A stretch of DNA of 64,000 nt, taken from Heteronotia binoei (taxonomy: Eukaryota). The notes below the pieces were generated by a model. The model made no database searches and was not told the origin of the DNA. It saw only the letters and a program-made list of their open reading frames with translations. How positions within the stretch are numbered: position 1 is the first letter of the stretch; the number at the start of each line of letters is the position of its first letter. Positions 22,638 to 36,361 of this stretch are shown here, one piece after another. Made by a program: the position numbers and the translations under genes. Location: NCBI RefSeq assembly GCF_032191835.1, contig NC_083237.1:38254001-38318000 (forward strand). Direction: 5' to 3'.

Positions 22638-23984
22638 TGTAGTATTATACAACAATGAGCTCTATTGAAAATGGTTTAATTGTTTCTTATGGTTGTTATT
22701 GTCAGTTTTTGTGTAAATGATATTTGTAAATTAAAAAGCAGTTTTATTTAAAAAAGAAAGTATGGTAGCCTATACATATCACAGTTATGTTTGTTGGGGG
22801 TTTTTTTTTGTAATGTATCTATACTGTGATCCCATTTATTGTTTTTACTACACACACTGACAGCAGCTCTCCAGGGTCTCAGATATAGATTACCTAATTT
22901 TTTAAACTAGATATCCCAGGAACTGAACCTAGAACCTTCTTCATTTTAAGCAAATGCTCTACCACTGAGCCACAGCCCTGCACAGATCATTGTAACTATT
23001 TATTTACAAAAAGTAGTGCCCTGCCTTTCTCCTCATATAAGGGCTGCCAACATGGCAATTTAAAAAATACATGATAAAATCACATTTTAAACCATTAACC
23101 CCCACTCCCAAATACACATAATGAAAATATAATATTTTATATATACATCAAATAAAACATTGGTTATGAGGGAATGCCAAACAAAACAAAACAAAAGTCT
23201 TCACTTCCTGATGGAAGATGACAACAGGGAAGGAAAGAAGAATTCCCTGGAGAAAGCCTTCCAGAACATTGTTAATGAGAATGATATATAATCACCCATG
23301 GTCCACTCTTTCTTACAGTGTTGCTTGTGTATGGAGGGCTTATCTTCCAGAATTCATTTTGAACTATCAGTGGAATGATATAAATTTACTGCTTATTTAT
23401 TTGTCTCCTGGTCAAGTTCTTATCTGTCTTTCTATTTCATTTATCTTGTGTATGATTGCTACTGATGCTGTTTTGACTGCTTAAAGACTTTCTTTGATGG
23501 CTACTCTTATGGGACCTTTGCATTTAATTGGTTATACTGCTAAGGGAAAGAGAAATTTTGGTCTGGATCCAGTCAGTTTTTAAATTCAGCCTCACCCCAT
23601 TTTTCTTCCATACTACATCCTCAGTCCCATATGTTTATTGTCCCTGCCAGTCCATTGAACCCTTGGGATGGTCCAAGGAGACTACTCATAACTTATTAAC
23701 CTGAATTCTTAAAATTACTGATATTGACCATAACTCTCTTCCTTTTTGCCCCAGAGGACCCTGATTGACTCCTTCCAACATGTCCCTTAGCACTCTTTTC
23801 TTGATCCAGAATAGCCCATCTTTTGGCCATTGAACCAGCTATTCATAGCAATTTTCTTTGTGGCAAGAATAAATTTTGACTCTGTCCATATCCACACAAA
23901 ATTCATTGAACTGAAATTTGCTTCACTGTATAGCCAATCTCAATGAAATTACAACAGTGGTAATTTGCTTCTTGGCAACTAGTA

Positions 23985-26016
23985 ACAGCGACTGAGATGA
24001 CTAGAGAGACAATGGCGACATACTCGCGACGAAGCTACGAGAACATCTTATAGGTCATTTATGTGGACATGAGATGGCAGTCTGGGCCACAAAGAAGGCT
24101 TACTTTGCATCCCAGATTGCATCTGCGACCTCACAAACAGCACAATTGTTTAGTATAATTCGATCATCAACAATTTTACCTCAAGGTAAACCAAACGATA
24201 AAGAATTGGAAATTGACTGTGAGGCTTTTGCAAGTTTTTTCGCAGATAAGGTCTTGTCGCTCCAACATGACCTCTCCGCCATAATTGATACAGTGAAAGA
24301 ACTTGAGGCACCGAGCGCATCTTCTGGTCTAATTCTAGATTCCTTCAATCCACTTACCTGGAGGAAGTCGATAGGATCCTTTTCGCTGTACGCCCTACGA
24401 CCTTTGGGTTGGACCCATGCCCGTCCTGGCTTATAAAAGCTAGCCAGGCGCTGTTACGTGGGCCACTACAGGGTATTGTCAACAGATCCCTGGTAGAAGG
24501 GATCTTTCCCACACCTCTTAAAGAGGCTGTGGTCCGTCCCCTCTTGAAAAAACCATTTGCAGATCCGGCTGCATTGGCGAACTATCGGCCGGTATCAAAC
24601 CTTCCCTTTTGGGGTAAGGTTATAGAACGGGCGGTGGCAACTCAGCTACAGGGATTCCTGGATGACACTTCCACACTGGATCCATTCCATTCCAGCTTTC
24701 AACCAGGTCATGGGACGGAGGCGGTTCTGGTCGCCTCAAAGATGACCTCATGCGACATCTGGATTGGGGCGGCTCAGGGTTGCTGTTATTAGATCTGTCA
24801 GCCACATTTGATACAGTTTACCATCAACTACTGACTAGCTGCCTTGCTGATGTGGGGATTCAGGGGTCTGCCTTACAGTGGTTGGCCTCTTTTCTCCAAG
24901 ATCGAGGACAAGATCGAGGGTGGTGATAGGGGAGGAATCATCCCAAAGGCACTCACGACACCCAGCTCTATCTATTGATGGGTGGTCAGTCTGACTGTAC
25001 CCCGGAAAATCTAGACCTGGCTCTTCAAGACATAGCACCTTGGCTTAGGCTGAGTCGGTTGAAGCTAAATCCGACAAAGACGGAGGTTCTCTGCCTGAGC
25101 AGGGGTGGTTCAGAGGGGAAGATCCCTCTGCCGGCTCTTGACAGGGTGTCACTAATACCGGTCCCTAAGGTCAAGAGTTTGGGTGTGCTCCTTGAGTCCT
25201 CTCTTACAATGGAGGCCCAAGTAGCAGCCACTACTAGATACACCTTTTTTCATCTTCGGCAGGTGCAGCAGTTGGCCCCTTTCCTGGAGCGCAACTACTT
25301 AGCAATGGTGATCCATGCTATGGTCACCTCAAGAATAGATCACTATAATGCTCTCTACATGGGGCTACCCTTGGCGCTGACTTGGAATCTACAGCTAGTG
25401 CAGAACACTGCAGCATGGCTGTTAATGGGGCTCCTCTGGTGGGAGCACATTCAGCCAGTGCTGAGAGAGCTGCACTGGCTACCTATTGTGTTCCGAGTCC
25501 ATTTCAAGGTGTTGGGATTGACTTTTAAAGCCCTTTATGGTCAGGGGCCTGTCTATCTGTGGGACCGCCTTTCTCCACATGTTCCCTGGAGAGCACTGCA
25601 TTCAGGGACAAAAAATCTATTTTCCATCCCTGGACCAAAGAGTCTAGGTTGCGGTTGACACGAGCTAGGGCCTTCTAGCCGCCCTGAGTCCGCTTGCGGA
25701 GAGAGCGGGATATAAATGCAAAGTAATAAATAAATAAATAAATAATTCTCAGTGGCAGCACCAGAATTGTGGAATGCTCTCCCAGAGGCCATAAAGGCCC
25801 TGTGGGATCTCTCTACTTTCCACAGGGCCTGTAAGACTGAACTAGGAGAGAGCTGCCACCCTGCATCATTATAGAGTACCATATGATCACCGCTTATATT
25901 ATATTGTAGTGATACAGCACCATGAAATGAAATGTTTTTAAAATAATTTTAAACTGTAGCTATTTATATTGGTTTTTAATTTGTAAAATAAATGTTGTTA
26001 GCCACCCTGAGTCCGC
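23985..26016 (+). mobile_element. L2 LINE, 5'-truncated and decayed, with a nested short L2-tail copy at about 25678-25743
   Basis: PLLKKP...NYRPVSNLPF, LKLNPTKTEVL, VTSRIDHYNAL and LHWLP; 3' end tgttagccaccctgagtccgc; absent from the paralogous unit at about 38890. Confidence 0.9.
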
Positions 26017-26172
26017 NNNNNNNNNNNNNNNNNNNNNNNNNNNNNNNNNNNNNNNNNNNNNNNNNNNNNNNNNNNNNNNNNNNNNNNNNNNNNNNNNNNN
26101 NNNNNNNNNNNNNNNNNNNNNNNNNNNNNNNNNNNNNNNNNNNNNNNNNNNNNNNNNNNNNNNNNNNNNNNN
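26017..26172. other. Assembly gap (N run)
   Basis: 156 consecutive N. Confidence 1.
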
Positions 26173-26221
26173 TCCCCTTGTTTCTTTACCACTCACAAAT
26201 CATGTGCAACTATTAGCTAGT

Positions 26222-27214
26222 CTACAGATTGCATCTTCTACATTTTAAGAATTCTGAACTGAAATCTGAGCAGCAAGAAGGATAATGAATCCTTCTTGAA
26301 GACCAAATTTTTCTTTTGAGCTTTCTAATAGCATTTTTCATTTCGGCATTTCTCAGAGTGTAAATAATTGGGTTCAGCACTGGTGTCATGAGAGAATACA
26401 TTACTGCAACAAACTTCTCACCCGGAAATACTTTGAAAAGCTGATTATAAGTGAACATTGAGGGTCCAAAATGTATGCTTATGACCATGATCTGAGCAGC
26501 ACAAGTGGAAAGGGCTTTGTGCCTCCCTTCTGTCACATGTGTTTTAATCTTGATCAAGATCACAGTGTATGACACAAGGAGAGCAAAAAAGATAACCACA
26601 AGGAGTAGCCCGCTGTTAGTAACCATCAGTATCTCGGTCATGTATGTGTCAGTACAAGACAGTTTGACAATCTGGGAGATATCACAGAAGAAATGATCCA
26701 ACACGTTGGGTCCACAGAAGGGCAGCTGAAGTATTAATGCTACCTGTACAATGGAGTGGGCAAAGCCACCCAGCCAAGCGCCTGTCACCAAACCTACACA
26801 AACTCCTTGATGCATAATAAGCAAATATTGCAGTGGTTTGTATATTGCTATGTATCTGTCAACAGCCATTACTACTAGGAAAAAACTCACCGTTCCCCCA
26901 GTAAAATGGAAGAAGAAAACTTGGGCAATACACCAGTTATAGGAGATGGTATGCGTATGGGTGATAAGATCCCAAAGCACTTTGATTGAAGTCACTGTGG
27001 AGTCACTTATGTCCATGACAGCCAGGTTGGCCAAAAAGAAATACATAGGTGTGTGGAACTGAGGCATGAAAGTTACAGTAGTAATGATTGTCAGATTCCC
27101 CAGCCAGGTTGTGATGTAAATGGTGAAAAAAATGAGGAAAAGGATCATCTGCACCCTTGGATTCTGAGTCAAGCCCAAGAGAATGAATTCTGTTACTGTC
27201 GTATTATTTGCCAT
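26222..27214 (-). CDS. Olfactory receptor, class II, OR4D-like, apparently intact (330 aa)
   Basis: FHTPMYFFL, MAVDRYIAIYKPLQY, LPFCGPNVLDHFFCD, KALSTC and [12 protein letters not shown]; N-terminal NNT/NTT sequons. Confidence 0.97.
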   Translation of the reverse strand: MANNTTVTEFILLGLTQNPRVQMILFLIFFTIYITTWLGNLTIITTVTFMPQFHTPMYFFLANLAVMDISDSTVTSIKVLWDLITHTHTISYNWCIAQVFFFHFTGGTVSFFLVVMAVDRYIAIYKPLQYLLIMHQGVCVGLVTGAWLGGFAHSIVQVALILQLPFCGPNVLDHFFCDISQIVKLSCTDTYMTEILMVTNSGLLLVVIFFALLVSYTVILIKIKTHVTEGRHKALSTCAAQIMVISIHFGPSMFTYNQLFKVFPGEKFVAVMYSLMTPVLNPIIYTLRNAEMKNAIRKLKRKIWSSRRIHYPSCCSDFSSEFLKCRRCNL

Positions 27215-28825
27215 TTTTCCCCTTAGGAAAAGAATATATATTTTACAATGAAGATTTAATGTCTATGTATTATATATCTAGATTTTACCCAATCATTATT
27301 TTAGGTTGTATATAATTTCTGCATTCTGTTATGAGCAAAAGTAAACGTCTACTCATTGGGTCAGCTGAGCATGTCCTTAATTAATCTCAGTTATTGTTTA
27401 TCAATAAGTAGAGGCAGCAGCAGAGTTCAGTGTGTCTGAAGCCAGAAGTTCAATGCTGAAACAAATGTAATCATAAAGCAAAATTAGGTGATTCTTTTGT
27501 GTGTTTTTTGTGTGTGTTAGACTTATTTATTTTTAATGTTTTATTTTTTTCTTAAAGTAATACCTTTAATTAATAAACAGGATTCTACATTCTACATTCA
27601 GATATCATAAAATAACCAAACAAAAATCTTATTCCAGGAAATTACCACTTACATAATATTTCAAATAAAACAGTATAATGTTTTAAAAGGTTCATGCTTG
27701 CAATTATACTTTAAACTATAATCAACTTTCAGATAATGTAAAAGTAAATCAGATTGGAGTAATAGGGATTGATTGAAGGTATGTCATGTTCAATAAGTTA
27801 AGTAACTATTGGAAACCACATCTGCACAAAAGTATCACAATATTTCCCAGGGCCAGTTGAGAAATACTGATTTACCATCTTTCCTAGTATAAAGTGTTCC
27901 CATAAGCTATTAAACCACATCTTAACTGAAGGGGGCTCCTTACATTTCCATACATACATACATAATTTATTTCAACAGTCATTGACCAAATACATAAAAG
28001 AGATCTCTTATCAACTGGTACATTTCCATTTAGAAGCAATTAAATATTTAGCAACTGTTAGAAGTGTGGTTAATAATTTCTTCATTTGTCTATTATATGA
28101 TGCATCCAGCTAGTTGTGGAGGAGGATTGATGCTGCATTGTAAAACATTAGGTGATTCAAAAGCATAAGTCATGCTGTCATCCTGTATATAGATAGGTTA
28201 CTGACCACATTAAGTTGAATGGGATCCAAAGCAATTAGGTTGCAATAATAAGAACACTACTCTACTGGAGTAAGCCCCATGATAGAAGATGAAACTTACT
28301 TATGGCTAGACCAGTTTAGGATTGCTCTCCAAATTGCATAATATACAACTGCCATCTCTAGTATGAAAAACATAAAGCCTAACTAAGCTGTAGTTATGGT
28401 GTTCATATAGAGCCAGGGAAGTCTACCCCTGTCTTGTACCCCAATGTGAAATCTTCTTTAATGGTTTGGGAAATTCACTAATCAACAAATTACCCAGAGC
28501 TCATCTTGCTTTGTGTGAACATAATTTATACCCCACATAATAAATAGCACTCTCCAAAACTTGTACACAGTTCTAAGGTGGAGGGCTGCAGTGGGAATAC
28601 AGAACCCCATCACCCCTCCCCCTATTTTGTGAACAAAATCAGCTCCTGTGATCAGAGCAAGAGTAAAGGATCCAAGCCATAGTAAAATAATTTATAAATT
28701 ATATCCCACATTTCTGTAGCATTTGATTTCCTCCCCAACTAAAAGACCTCACAGGTTCCTATAGCTGGCACCTTAGGTGTCTAAGGAAAGGTGATTTAAC
28801 ACTTTACATTATCTTACTGCTCTTA

Positions 28826-29020
28826 ATTGGATGGTCCAAGCTAACCTGATCTTGTCAGATCTCTGAAACTAAGCAGGGTCAGCCCTGGTTAGTATATGGA
28901 TGAGGTATTACCAAGGAATGTTGGGGCCGCTATGCAGAGGAAAAGATGGACAAACCACCTCTGAATGTCTCTTGCCTAGAAAACCCAATAAATAAACCAT
29001 AAGTTGACTATGACTTGATA
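28826..29020 (+). mobile_element. 5S rRNA-derived SINE (5S-Sauria-like); not an rRNA gene
   Basis: cctgatcttgtcagatctctgaaactaagcagggtcagccctggttagta resembles 5S rRNA and continues into a SINE body (gcagagg...aaaccacctctg); paralog at about 40800-41000. Confidence 0.75.
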
Positions 29021-29424
29021 GTAAAAAAAAAAAACCACTTACCTGTTGAGTTCTACAATCCTATGATAATAAGGTATATGAGTGTATTCCCTTCATCACT
29101 TCTATTTGTTTTCATCTGATGGACATGTAAACTTTTTCATCCTTCCTGTTTGCATTGATCCTGTTCCCAATGCAATTGTTGCTTGTATGCACTATGCACT
29201 GTTTCTGTGTCTTTCACCATTTATATGCTATTGATAAGAATGCACATTTAAAAAGAAAAAAATCAGAAAAATAAAAACTGGCGCAGATCTGAATATTCTC
29301 ATGTTTGATCAGCACTAGGGAGAATCAGAATTGATTGGAGGGCTTTTGAGTTGAAGAATCAGGGAAAAGAAATTCAAAATAACCCTTAATGCAGCTTTAA
29401 CTCTTACTGATTTCAGTCAGGTGG

Positions 29425-29885
29425 GTAGCTGTGTTGCTTTAAAGCAACAGAACAAAATTTGCATCCACTGGCACCTTTAAGACCAACAAAGTTTTACTCT
29501 GGAAATAAGCTTTCAAGAGTGCACACTCTTCTTCAGATACATTGAAAAATAAACACCAACCATTACAGGTAGATAGTGGATGTGGACGATGTTGCCAGGA
29601 AGAACCAATTAGAGTCAAGATGCATAAGTAACTGAGCAGTAAATATAGAACATTTATCAAACTGACAATGAAACAAACTATGCAAGAAATAAATTTTCTG
29701 GACACTACTGGAGAAATGCATGATGAACACATAAACACCACCTTGTACCAGAAACCTACTGACTCACAAACATATCTACAATCCTCCAGCTGCCAACCTA
29801 AACATACCAACCAATAAATTGTATACAGCAAGTCTTTTATACCCAGAGTAAAACTTAGTTGATCTTAAAGAAGTCACTGGACTCA
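29425..29885 (+). mobile_element. Penelope-like element fragments, including RT
   Basis: The plus strand encodes EINFLDTT...INTTLYQKPTDSQTYLQSSSCQPKHT, the conserved Penelope-like RT thumb region, next to the ggcacctttaagaccaac terminal motif. Confidence 0.8.
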
Positions 29886-32800
29886 AACTTTGATTTTATT
29901 GAGACTTACTTTGAGGTAATGTGTAAAGAATTGTGGTCTTCAGTTCTTCACAGAAGATAAGTAAGCTAGCCAGGCTACATTCTAGTAAAACTGTTTCACT
30001 GAATTCTTTCACTTTTTAAACCTTCAAATATTCTTCAGTAGCCCAACATACTGTATGTTTTCCACTACAAACCTGGACAGATTATATCCTGTTTAAGCCA
30101 TTGGGCATTATTAATCAAATCAGAAAATGCCACATCCCTCAAGTCACCATAAATCAATAGTTTTACCTATCTGCTAATAATTTACACTACATGTATAATA
30201 GACTGAAAGATTATTGTATAATAGACTGAAAGGGAATTTTTATAGACGTTTAGAATAAACTCTTTTTTGTATACTTTTTATAGCACATGTGTTATTAGTT
30301 TGTCTGTTTAAAATATGTATGCTGTATTGTCTACTGCCAAAGTAGTGCCCAACATGGTGCCCAATCATTACAAAACTCTTATTCAACCAGCCTTTCTGGT
30401 TGATGTTCCTTTGGACCTCCATGACCCCCAAAGTTTGTACCTGAAATCATTAACTGCATGGATAAAAGCTAGGTACAATGGGCAATAAAGAGTGGAGAGG
30501 ACTTGGATAAGATTAAGCAGAAAAACTGGCTGGACTCAATACATTTAAAGTCATAAGAAAATGAAGGAGAAACTCTACAGCAGAAATCCAATTCCAAGGC
30601 CACTAACTGTCCATCTTCAACAAGGGGCCACAATGCCAGAAGTGAATCTGCTAAACAAGTTTCACTTAACAGGTCAATCCACAGAGAGGCTTCATCATTA
30701 AAAATGCTTCAAATTCATGGAATTCTCCGGTTCTTCTTGAATGGGAGTTTGAGTAGCATTTTCCCAGTTATATGAGGATTCATGTATAGGAGAAGATATT
30801 TCCTGTATGTAGGTTCCAGACTGTTCAGAGCTTTATTGTTCATCACTGGAACTTTAAAGGATATCTGGTTATCCCAAAGTATGCTGCTACAGCTAAACTG
30901 GATTGGGAGGCATGTACTGCTTGTTACCTTTCTTGGCCAAATTTTGAGTATCAGTATTCTATGTCAATTCCAGATTCCAAACCAGACAGAAAATATTTTT
31001 ATAGTCAATACAAGAAGTAAAAATATATAGTTGGCTAAATCCTTGTCCAGAGAAGTCAGTCACAGTCAGCTCATGAACGTTTGTTGACAAAAGTCCCTTC
31101 ACCTTTCAAGGTCTGGAAGCAATTTTACTGTGATTTTCCAATGTGTGAAAAAAACAACAACATATTGTCCCAAATGCAGGATATACAACCAGGCATGAGT
31201 TGGCACAATTGCCTGTGTTACAGTTTAAGGCTGCATTTTCATCAGTTTGGAAAGGTCAAAAGACCAAAATCCATGGCAATCTGTTTCTTTTGAAGAAAGA
31301 GGGATAGAATAGTATCGGATTATAGCTGTTTTTGTTTCAGAGATGCATTTAAAACTACTCAAATGAATATTTGAATATCAATTTGGCAAACAATGGGAAA
31401 ATGCCTACTAACCTGGACATTTGTTTATGACAGAGTTTTCCAAACATTGCCTGGCTTTAGGTATTCCTCTACACAGCTCCTCGCACTACAATAATCAGTT
31501 TGTGTAGAGGAACTGATCTGACTTCAGCTTTCCACAAGGCTTTCTCATATCACAGCTGGATTTCTCATGCCCATATTTTGAAAGATATTTAAAAAATATA
31601 TCTTTAACCCCTCCTCAGGGAAATCCAATGACATGTTGTGAAGGCATCATGCCATTATTTGAATGGATACAACATGTTCCTATTGATCACACAAGAATAC
31701 TGACTCATTCTAGCACAGGGCAAAAACCATCAAGGGGTTTCAACAATCTGGGGATTAGCCCACAAGGAATATAATTTAAAAGCATATGCATAATTGAAGT
31801 TCTTTTAAAAATTTGAATAAATTGCTTGTATTTCTAGATGTTCAGATGTGAAAATATATTACGGATATTACTTGCGACATGTGGAAATGTTGGGCCCCTG
31901 GATTCCAGTTCTTGCCAATAGTAAGGACATAGAGCAATGACTTAATTTAAATGTATGCATGTTACCACTGATGAAAGAAAGACAAAGGGGTCTTTTTATC
32001 AATGAAAAGGCTATGCTATGGATTGTGTATACGAATAAAAGCTTTCTGGTATTACATATTTCCCAGGGTCATCATCGGCAGGTTCTTGCATTATTTAAAA
32101 TTCTGTACATCAGAATAAATGTGCTGCTATCGAGCCTGAACAAATTGGCAGTATTCTTTAGTCTCAGAAGGTGAATGCTTTCTTAGTTTTTTTTTTTTTT
32201 TAAAGCAGAATGGCTGCAATCTGTTTTGGCATATTGGCCCAACAAATTTGGAATTGTTTGGGGGGAGATTTTAGATCTTCATTGAATCCATGCTTCCAAC
32301 ATCACAAAGCCTATGAACATTATCTCGGGTTATCTTGGGTTAACATCTCTCCATCCTGGTTTGCCAGATGTATGGCTAGCCATCCGCTCATATCTAGAAA
32401 AGGAAGGACTGTATTCTGCTATAGTGCCTTGGCCAGCAACATCAGGCTTGCACTAGGAGAAGCCTGAAGATCTCCACTATCCTAATCTTCTAACATTTCC
32501 AGTCCAGAACAACATTTAATGTAAGTTTTATACATTACTCCACAACAGTTGAACAATCCTTCCAAATGAGATCTCTATCATAGCGTAAATAGTTTTCTTT
32601 AACACACAACTCCACTGCAGTCTAACATGACATAAAGCAAAGACAGACAAGAAGCAAGGAGAAGATGAATGTGCATAAAGCAAAGAGAAATCTCTCAGTC
32701 AGAGAAAACCTAAGGAAGTATTAGCTGATTAGCTTGGTAATCAGCTCTCAAGATCTGCATCCTACTATTGTGCACTTGGCTTGCTTGATTTAAAGGACAA

Positions 32801-35269
32801 TTGGAGCGAGGCTATGGTCCAATGGCAGAGTGCTGGATATTTAGCAGAGTAAATGAAGCATAGTGGAATAATGCAGCACAGACACATGTATGTTTAACTT
32901 CTAAGAAAAAATTTCCTTCAAAATTAGGGAAAGAATTGTATGGAAAGAAAAGAACAATCTAACTCATTTTTCTGGTTCTTATCTCCTCCATCTTGTTTCT
33001 TTGTTCCTTTGCCCTGAGCCTGCCTTGGTGGGGAGGGCAGGATATAAATAAAATGTATTATTATTATTATTCTAACCCTAAGAAGGAAGGAATGGAAGTT
33101 TCCATCAAAAACTCCACGCCTTATGTGTTTGAAGAATAGCATGAACTTTCTCTGTGTAATGTACTCAAGAACAAATGATAAACATTTAATAACCTCAAGA
33201 AACTTTGTAGCTCCGCCTTGCACATGGGGGGCGGGGTGTGGACTATTGCTGTGGTCTTGTCCTCCATCGGGTGGATTCCTGCTGCATCAACAGCAAAGCC
33301 CAAGAACTCCACCCTCGGCACCCCTAGCGAGCATTTTTCCTTCCTTACTTTTAGACCTGCCGCCTGGAAGCGGCGAAGTACCTCTCTCAGGCGGCTGCTG
33401 AACTCCTCCGTGTCCGGGGCGGCGATCAGAACGTCATTGAAAAATGGTTGCACTCCGAGGATCCCTTTGAGAAGAGAGTCCATTATGCTCTGAAAGATCC
33501 CTGGAGCTACATTAACCCCAAACTGCAACCGCTGTACCCTAAAAGCTCCCCTGTGGGTCACAATGGTCTGCGCTTCTGCTGTCTTGGCGTCTACCAGGAG
33601 TTGCTGGTATGCTTGGGCCAGGTCCAGTTTCCCAAAAATTTTAGAGCCTGCTAAAGCCACCAGGATGTGGCTAACCACTGGAACAGGGTAGGGATTGTCC
33701 TGGAGCGCTTTATTTATAGTGCACTTGTAGTCAGCACATATTCGCACATCCCCGTTCGGCTTCACTGGCATGACTATAGGAGTTTCCCAGGCCACATAGG
33801 ACACTGGTTCTAATACTCCCTGGGCCGTGAGTCAGTCCAGCTCCGCTTCTATTTTGGGTTTTAGAGCGAACGGAACTCGCCTGGCCTTTAGTCTGATTGG
33901 TCTAACTAGGGGATCGAGAGGTAAGGTGATGGGTGGCCCCTTGTAACTCCCCAGGGACCCATCAAAAACTTTGGGGAATTCCCGGCACACGTTTTTGAAG
34001 TTGGTCGTTTGCATCTGCTCCACCCCCACTAATTGAATACCTAACGGTTGAAACCAGGCCAGTCCCAGTAATGTGGTGAGCTGGCGCTTTACCACTAGAA
34101 TGTCCAGTGACCCCCTGAAGTTCATTCTCTCTACCTGTACCCTGGCCCAGCCCACAATGTGTACAGTCTCAGTTGGAGCTGGTGGCTGGGGCACAGTTTT
34201 TTTAGGATCTCCTCCGAAATTATGGAGATGGAGGAGCCCGACATTTTGACCTTGGCATGGAGTGCCCTCGATGGGGACCGACATTTTGACCTTGTCGGGG
34301 GCGGAGAGGGGCAAGTTCGTTACCTGCAGGCTGGTCAATGATGTCGCGTGAGCATTGATTGAGTCATGGTGCGCAGTCTGGTGTCTGCGATTGGCCTTGG
34401 CCCGGCAAGCCCGCACTATGTGGCCCACCTTTCCGCAGTTTCTGCAGTCCATGTTGCGATAGGGACAGTCCCGCCTCTCGTGGGGGTCGCCACAGCTGGC
34501 ACACTTGCTGTTGGCCCGTCTCTCTGTTACTTGTTGCTGCGTGGGGGCTCTCGGGCCCGTCCCTTGTGGGTGGCGGAGCTGGAAGGCCTCTTTGTCCTCT
34601 GGGTCGCCAGGCGCCATCTCTTCCTGGTGGACTGCTTCTCCTCGTGGGTTGTTGTACGATTTGGTGGTTCTCTTGAATGCAGTTGCTTCGTTGAAAGCTT
34701 GTTGAAGGGTGAGCTCCTCCTTTGCGAAGAGCTTTTGCTGCAGCCTTTCGTCTCGGAGGCCCTAGATGAATCGGTCTCTCAGGGCTTCCTCCCGCTTGTT
34801 GAAACCGCAGTTCCCTGCGATATGGCAAAGAGCGGCCAGGTAGATGGCAGCCGTTTCTCCGAGCCCTTGATCTCTCTTGTGGAAGAGGAATCGGCGGGCG
34901 ATGATGGAAGGCTGGGGCAAGAAATGCCAGGTGAGGAGTCTGACGATCTCCCCGTACGTTCTCTCAGTGAGCTTCGCGGGGGCTGAGAGACCTTTGGTGA
35001 TCTTGAAGGTGGCCTCCCCGCAGACGCTCAGGAGTGCATCCCTCATGCGGCTGTCATCGGTAATCATGTTTGCATGTAAGTAGCACTCGACCCGCTCCGT
35101 GTAGGTTTCCCACCTCTTGGGGTTGGCGGGGTCAAACTCAGCAAGATGGCCCGTCATTACACTCGGGTTCGCCATGGTGGCGGTGGGCGCTTCTGTCTCT
35201 TGCGGCTCCATGCCTTCATCGTCTCCAGCCAGGTCAGTGACTTCTCGCTTGGGTAGTCCTCCTAGCTAG

Positions 35270-35287
35270 ATCCCATTCTCGTCGCCA
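35270..35287 (-). promoter_or_regulatory. Primer-binding site, tRNA-Ser(GCU)
   Basis: Minus strand TGGCGACGAGAATGGGA, 1 nt after the LTR, complementary to the tRNA-Ser(GCU) 3' end (UCCCAUCCUCGUCGCCA, recalled) with one mismatch. Confidence 0.8.
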
Positions 35288-35288
35288 G

Positions 35289-35565
35289 TGTAATGTACTC
35301 GATGACGAGACGTGTTGAAGGCAACATACTTTATTAGCTGGTACATCACAAGAGAGCGAAATGCGGGCCGGTTCCCGCTTTATATACAATACCCGGAACA
35401 GCCCTCCAACTGGCCTAATCCAATCCTGTCCAGTCAAACTTCCCGCCACAGATCTTAATTGGCGGAGTACTTTCGCACGCTACACCCAGCGACCAGGGGA
35501 CTTCCTCTGGTCACCTCTGTTGTGTCGCTGTGCAGTACTTCCGGATTTCATTGCAAGACACAACA
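35289..35565 (-). repeat. Gypsy 5' LTR
   Basis: TG...CA ends (tgtaatgtactc ... gacacaaca); tgtaatgtactc recurs at 33155-33166. Confidence 0.9.
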
Positions 35566-36361
35566 CTCCAATATACAGATTAGCCAATAATCAATCTTGT
35601 CAACTCATTAAGAATAAAACCTCCCCCGTTTTGGTGGGATGAATCTATTCTACACCTAATTGTTACTATCCTAAACATGCTGTTATTAGCTTAGAGAAAC
35701 TGGAAGCTTAAATGTTTCCCACTGGTTTCTAAATGTTGTGGTTTCTACTGTCAGACATATCCTTTTTTTTTTTTTTTGCATCCTCCAGGACTCAATTTTC
35801 CTGGACCAAACTGAGACCTAGATTTCCTGTCTCTTTACCAATGCTGGCATCTCCACACCTACTACCCCCATGCATACCACACCTAATCCAATCAAGCTAT
35901 CTGTTGTCATTTGCTTGCTATTGCCATTCAACATCTGACATCACCTTTATAAAGTTATATCTCCAGTACCTTTTGTTACATTTTATGACACATATGGCAC
36001 AGCCTGACAAAGTGACTTGTAAGTCAGACCCAGCCCTCATAACAAATGAGTTTGACAACTCTGGTTTACACACACTGGCAGCAGCCCTCCAGGGTCTCAG
36101 GCATTGATTACCTGATCTCTTTAACTAGAGATCCAAGGTACTGAACCTGGAACTTTCTGCATGTTAAGCAAATGTTATACCACTGAGCCACAGCCTTGGA
36201 ATATCGTTGTAACTATTTATTGCCTTTCTCTTCTTACAAGGGCCACCAACATGGCTAACAATTTAAAACATACATGATAAATTCACATTTTAAAACCATT
36301 AACTCCCCCCATGCACATCATGAAAACATACGCATACATATATACACACATACTTTCCCTA

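Larger units (their letters stand above)
33155..35565 (-). mobile_element. Gypsy/Ty3 LTR retrotransposon (Mag-like), internally deleted
   Basis: Gag 34762-35211 with two CCHC knuckles (CASCGDPHERRDC, CRNCGKVGHIVRAC); RT fragment (VRICADYK, DLAQAY, FFND); 277-bp 5' LTR; PBS; only the last 12 bp of the 3' LTR remain. Confidence 0.92.
22840..36060. repeat. Tandem segmental duplication unit 1 (contains the OR at 26222)
   Basis: Unique flanking sequence is collinear with about 36060-45000, for example 23700-23980 with 38590-38885, 27230-27470 with 39950-40200, and 31300-33150 with 41800-43580. Confidence 0.85.

Noticed and set aside
26222-26240. Possible prenylation (CaaX) signal at the OR C-terminus (CRRCNL)
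   Set aside because: The last Cys is third from the end, not fourth, and the paralog ends differently (CRRCI).
28826-28930. 5S rRNA-like sequence (also near 40800)
   Set aside because: Diverged and fused to a SINE body, so it is a 5S-derived SINE rather than a 5S gene.
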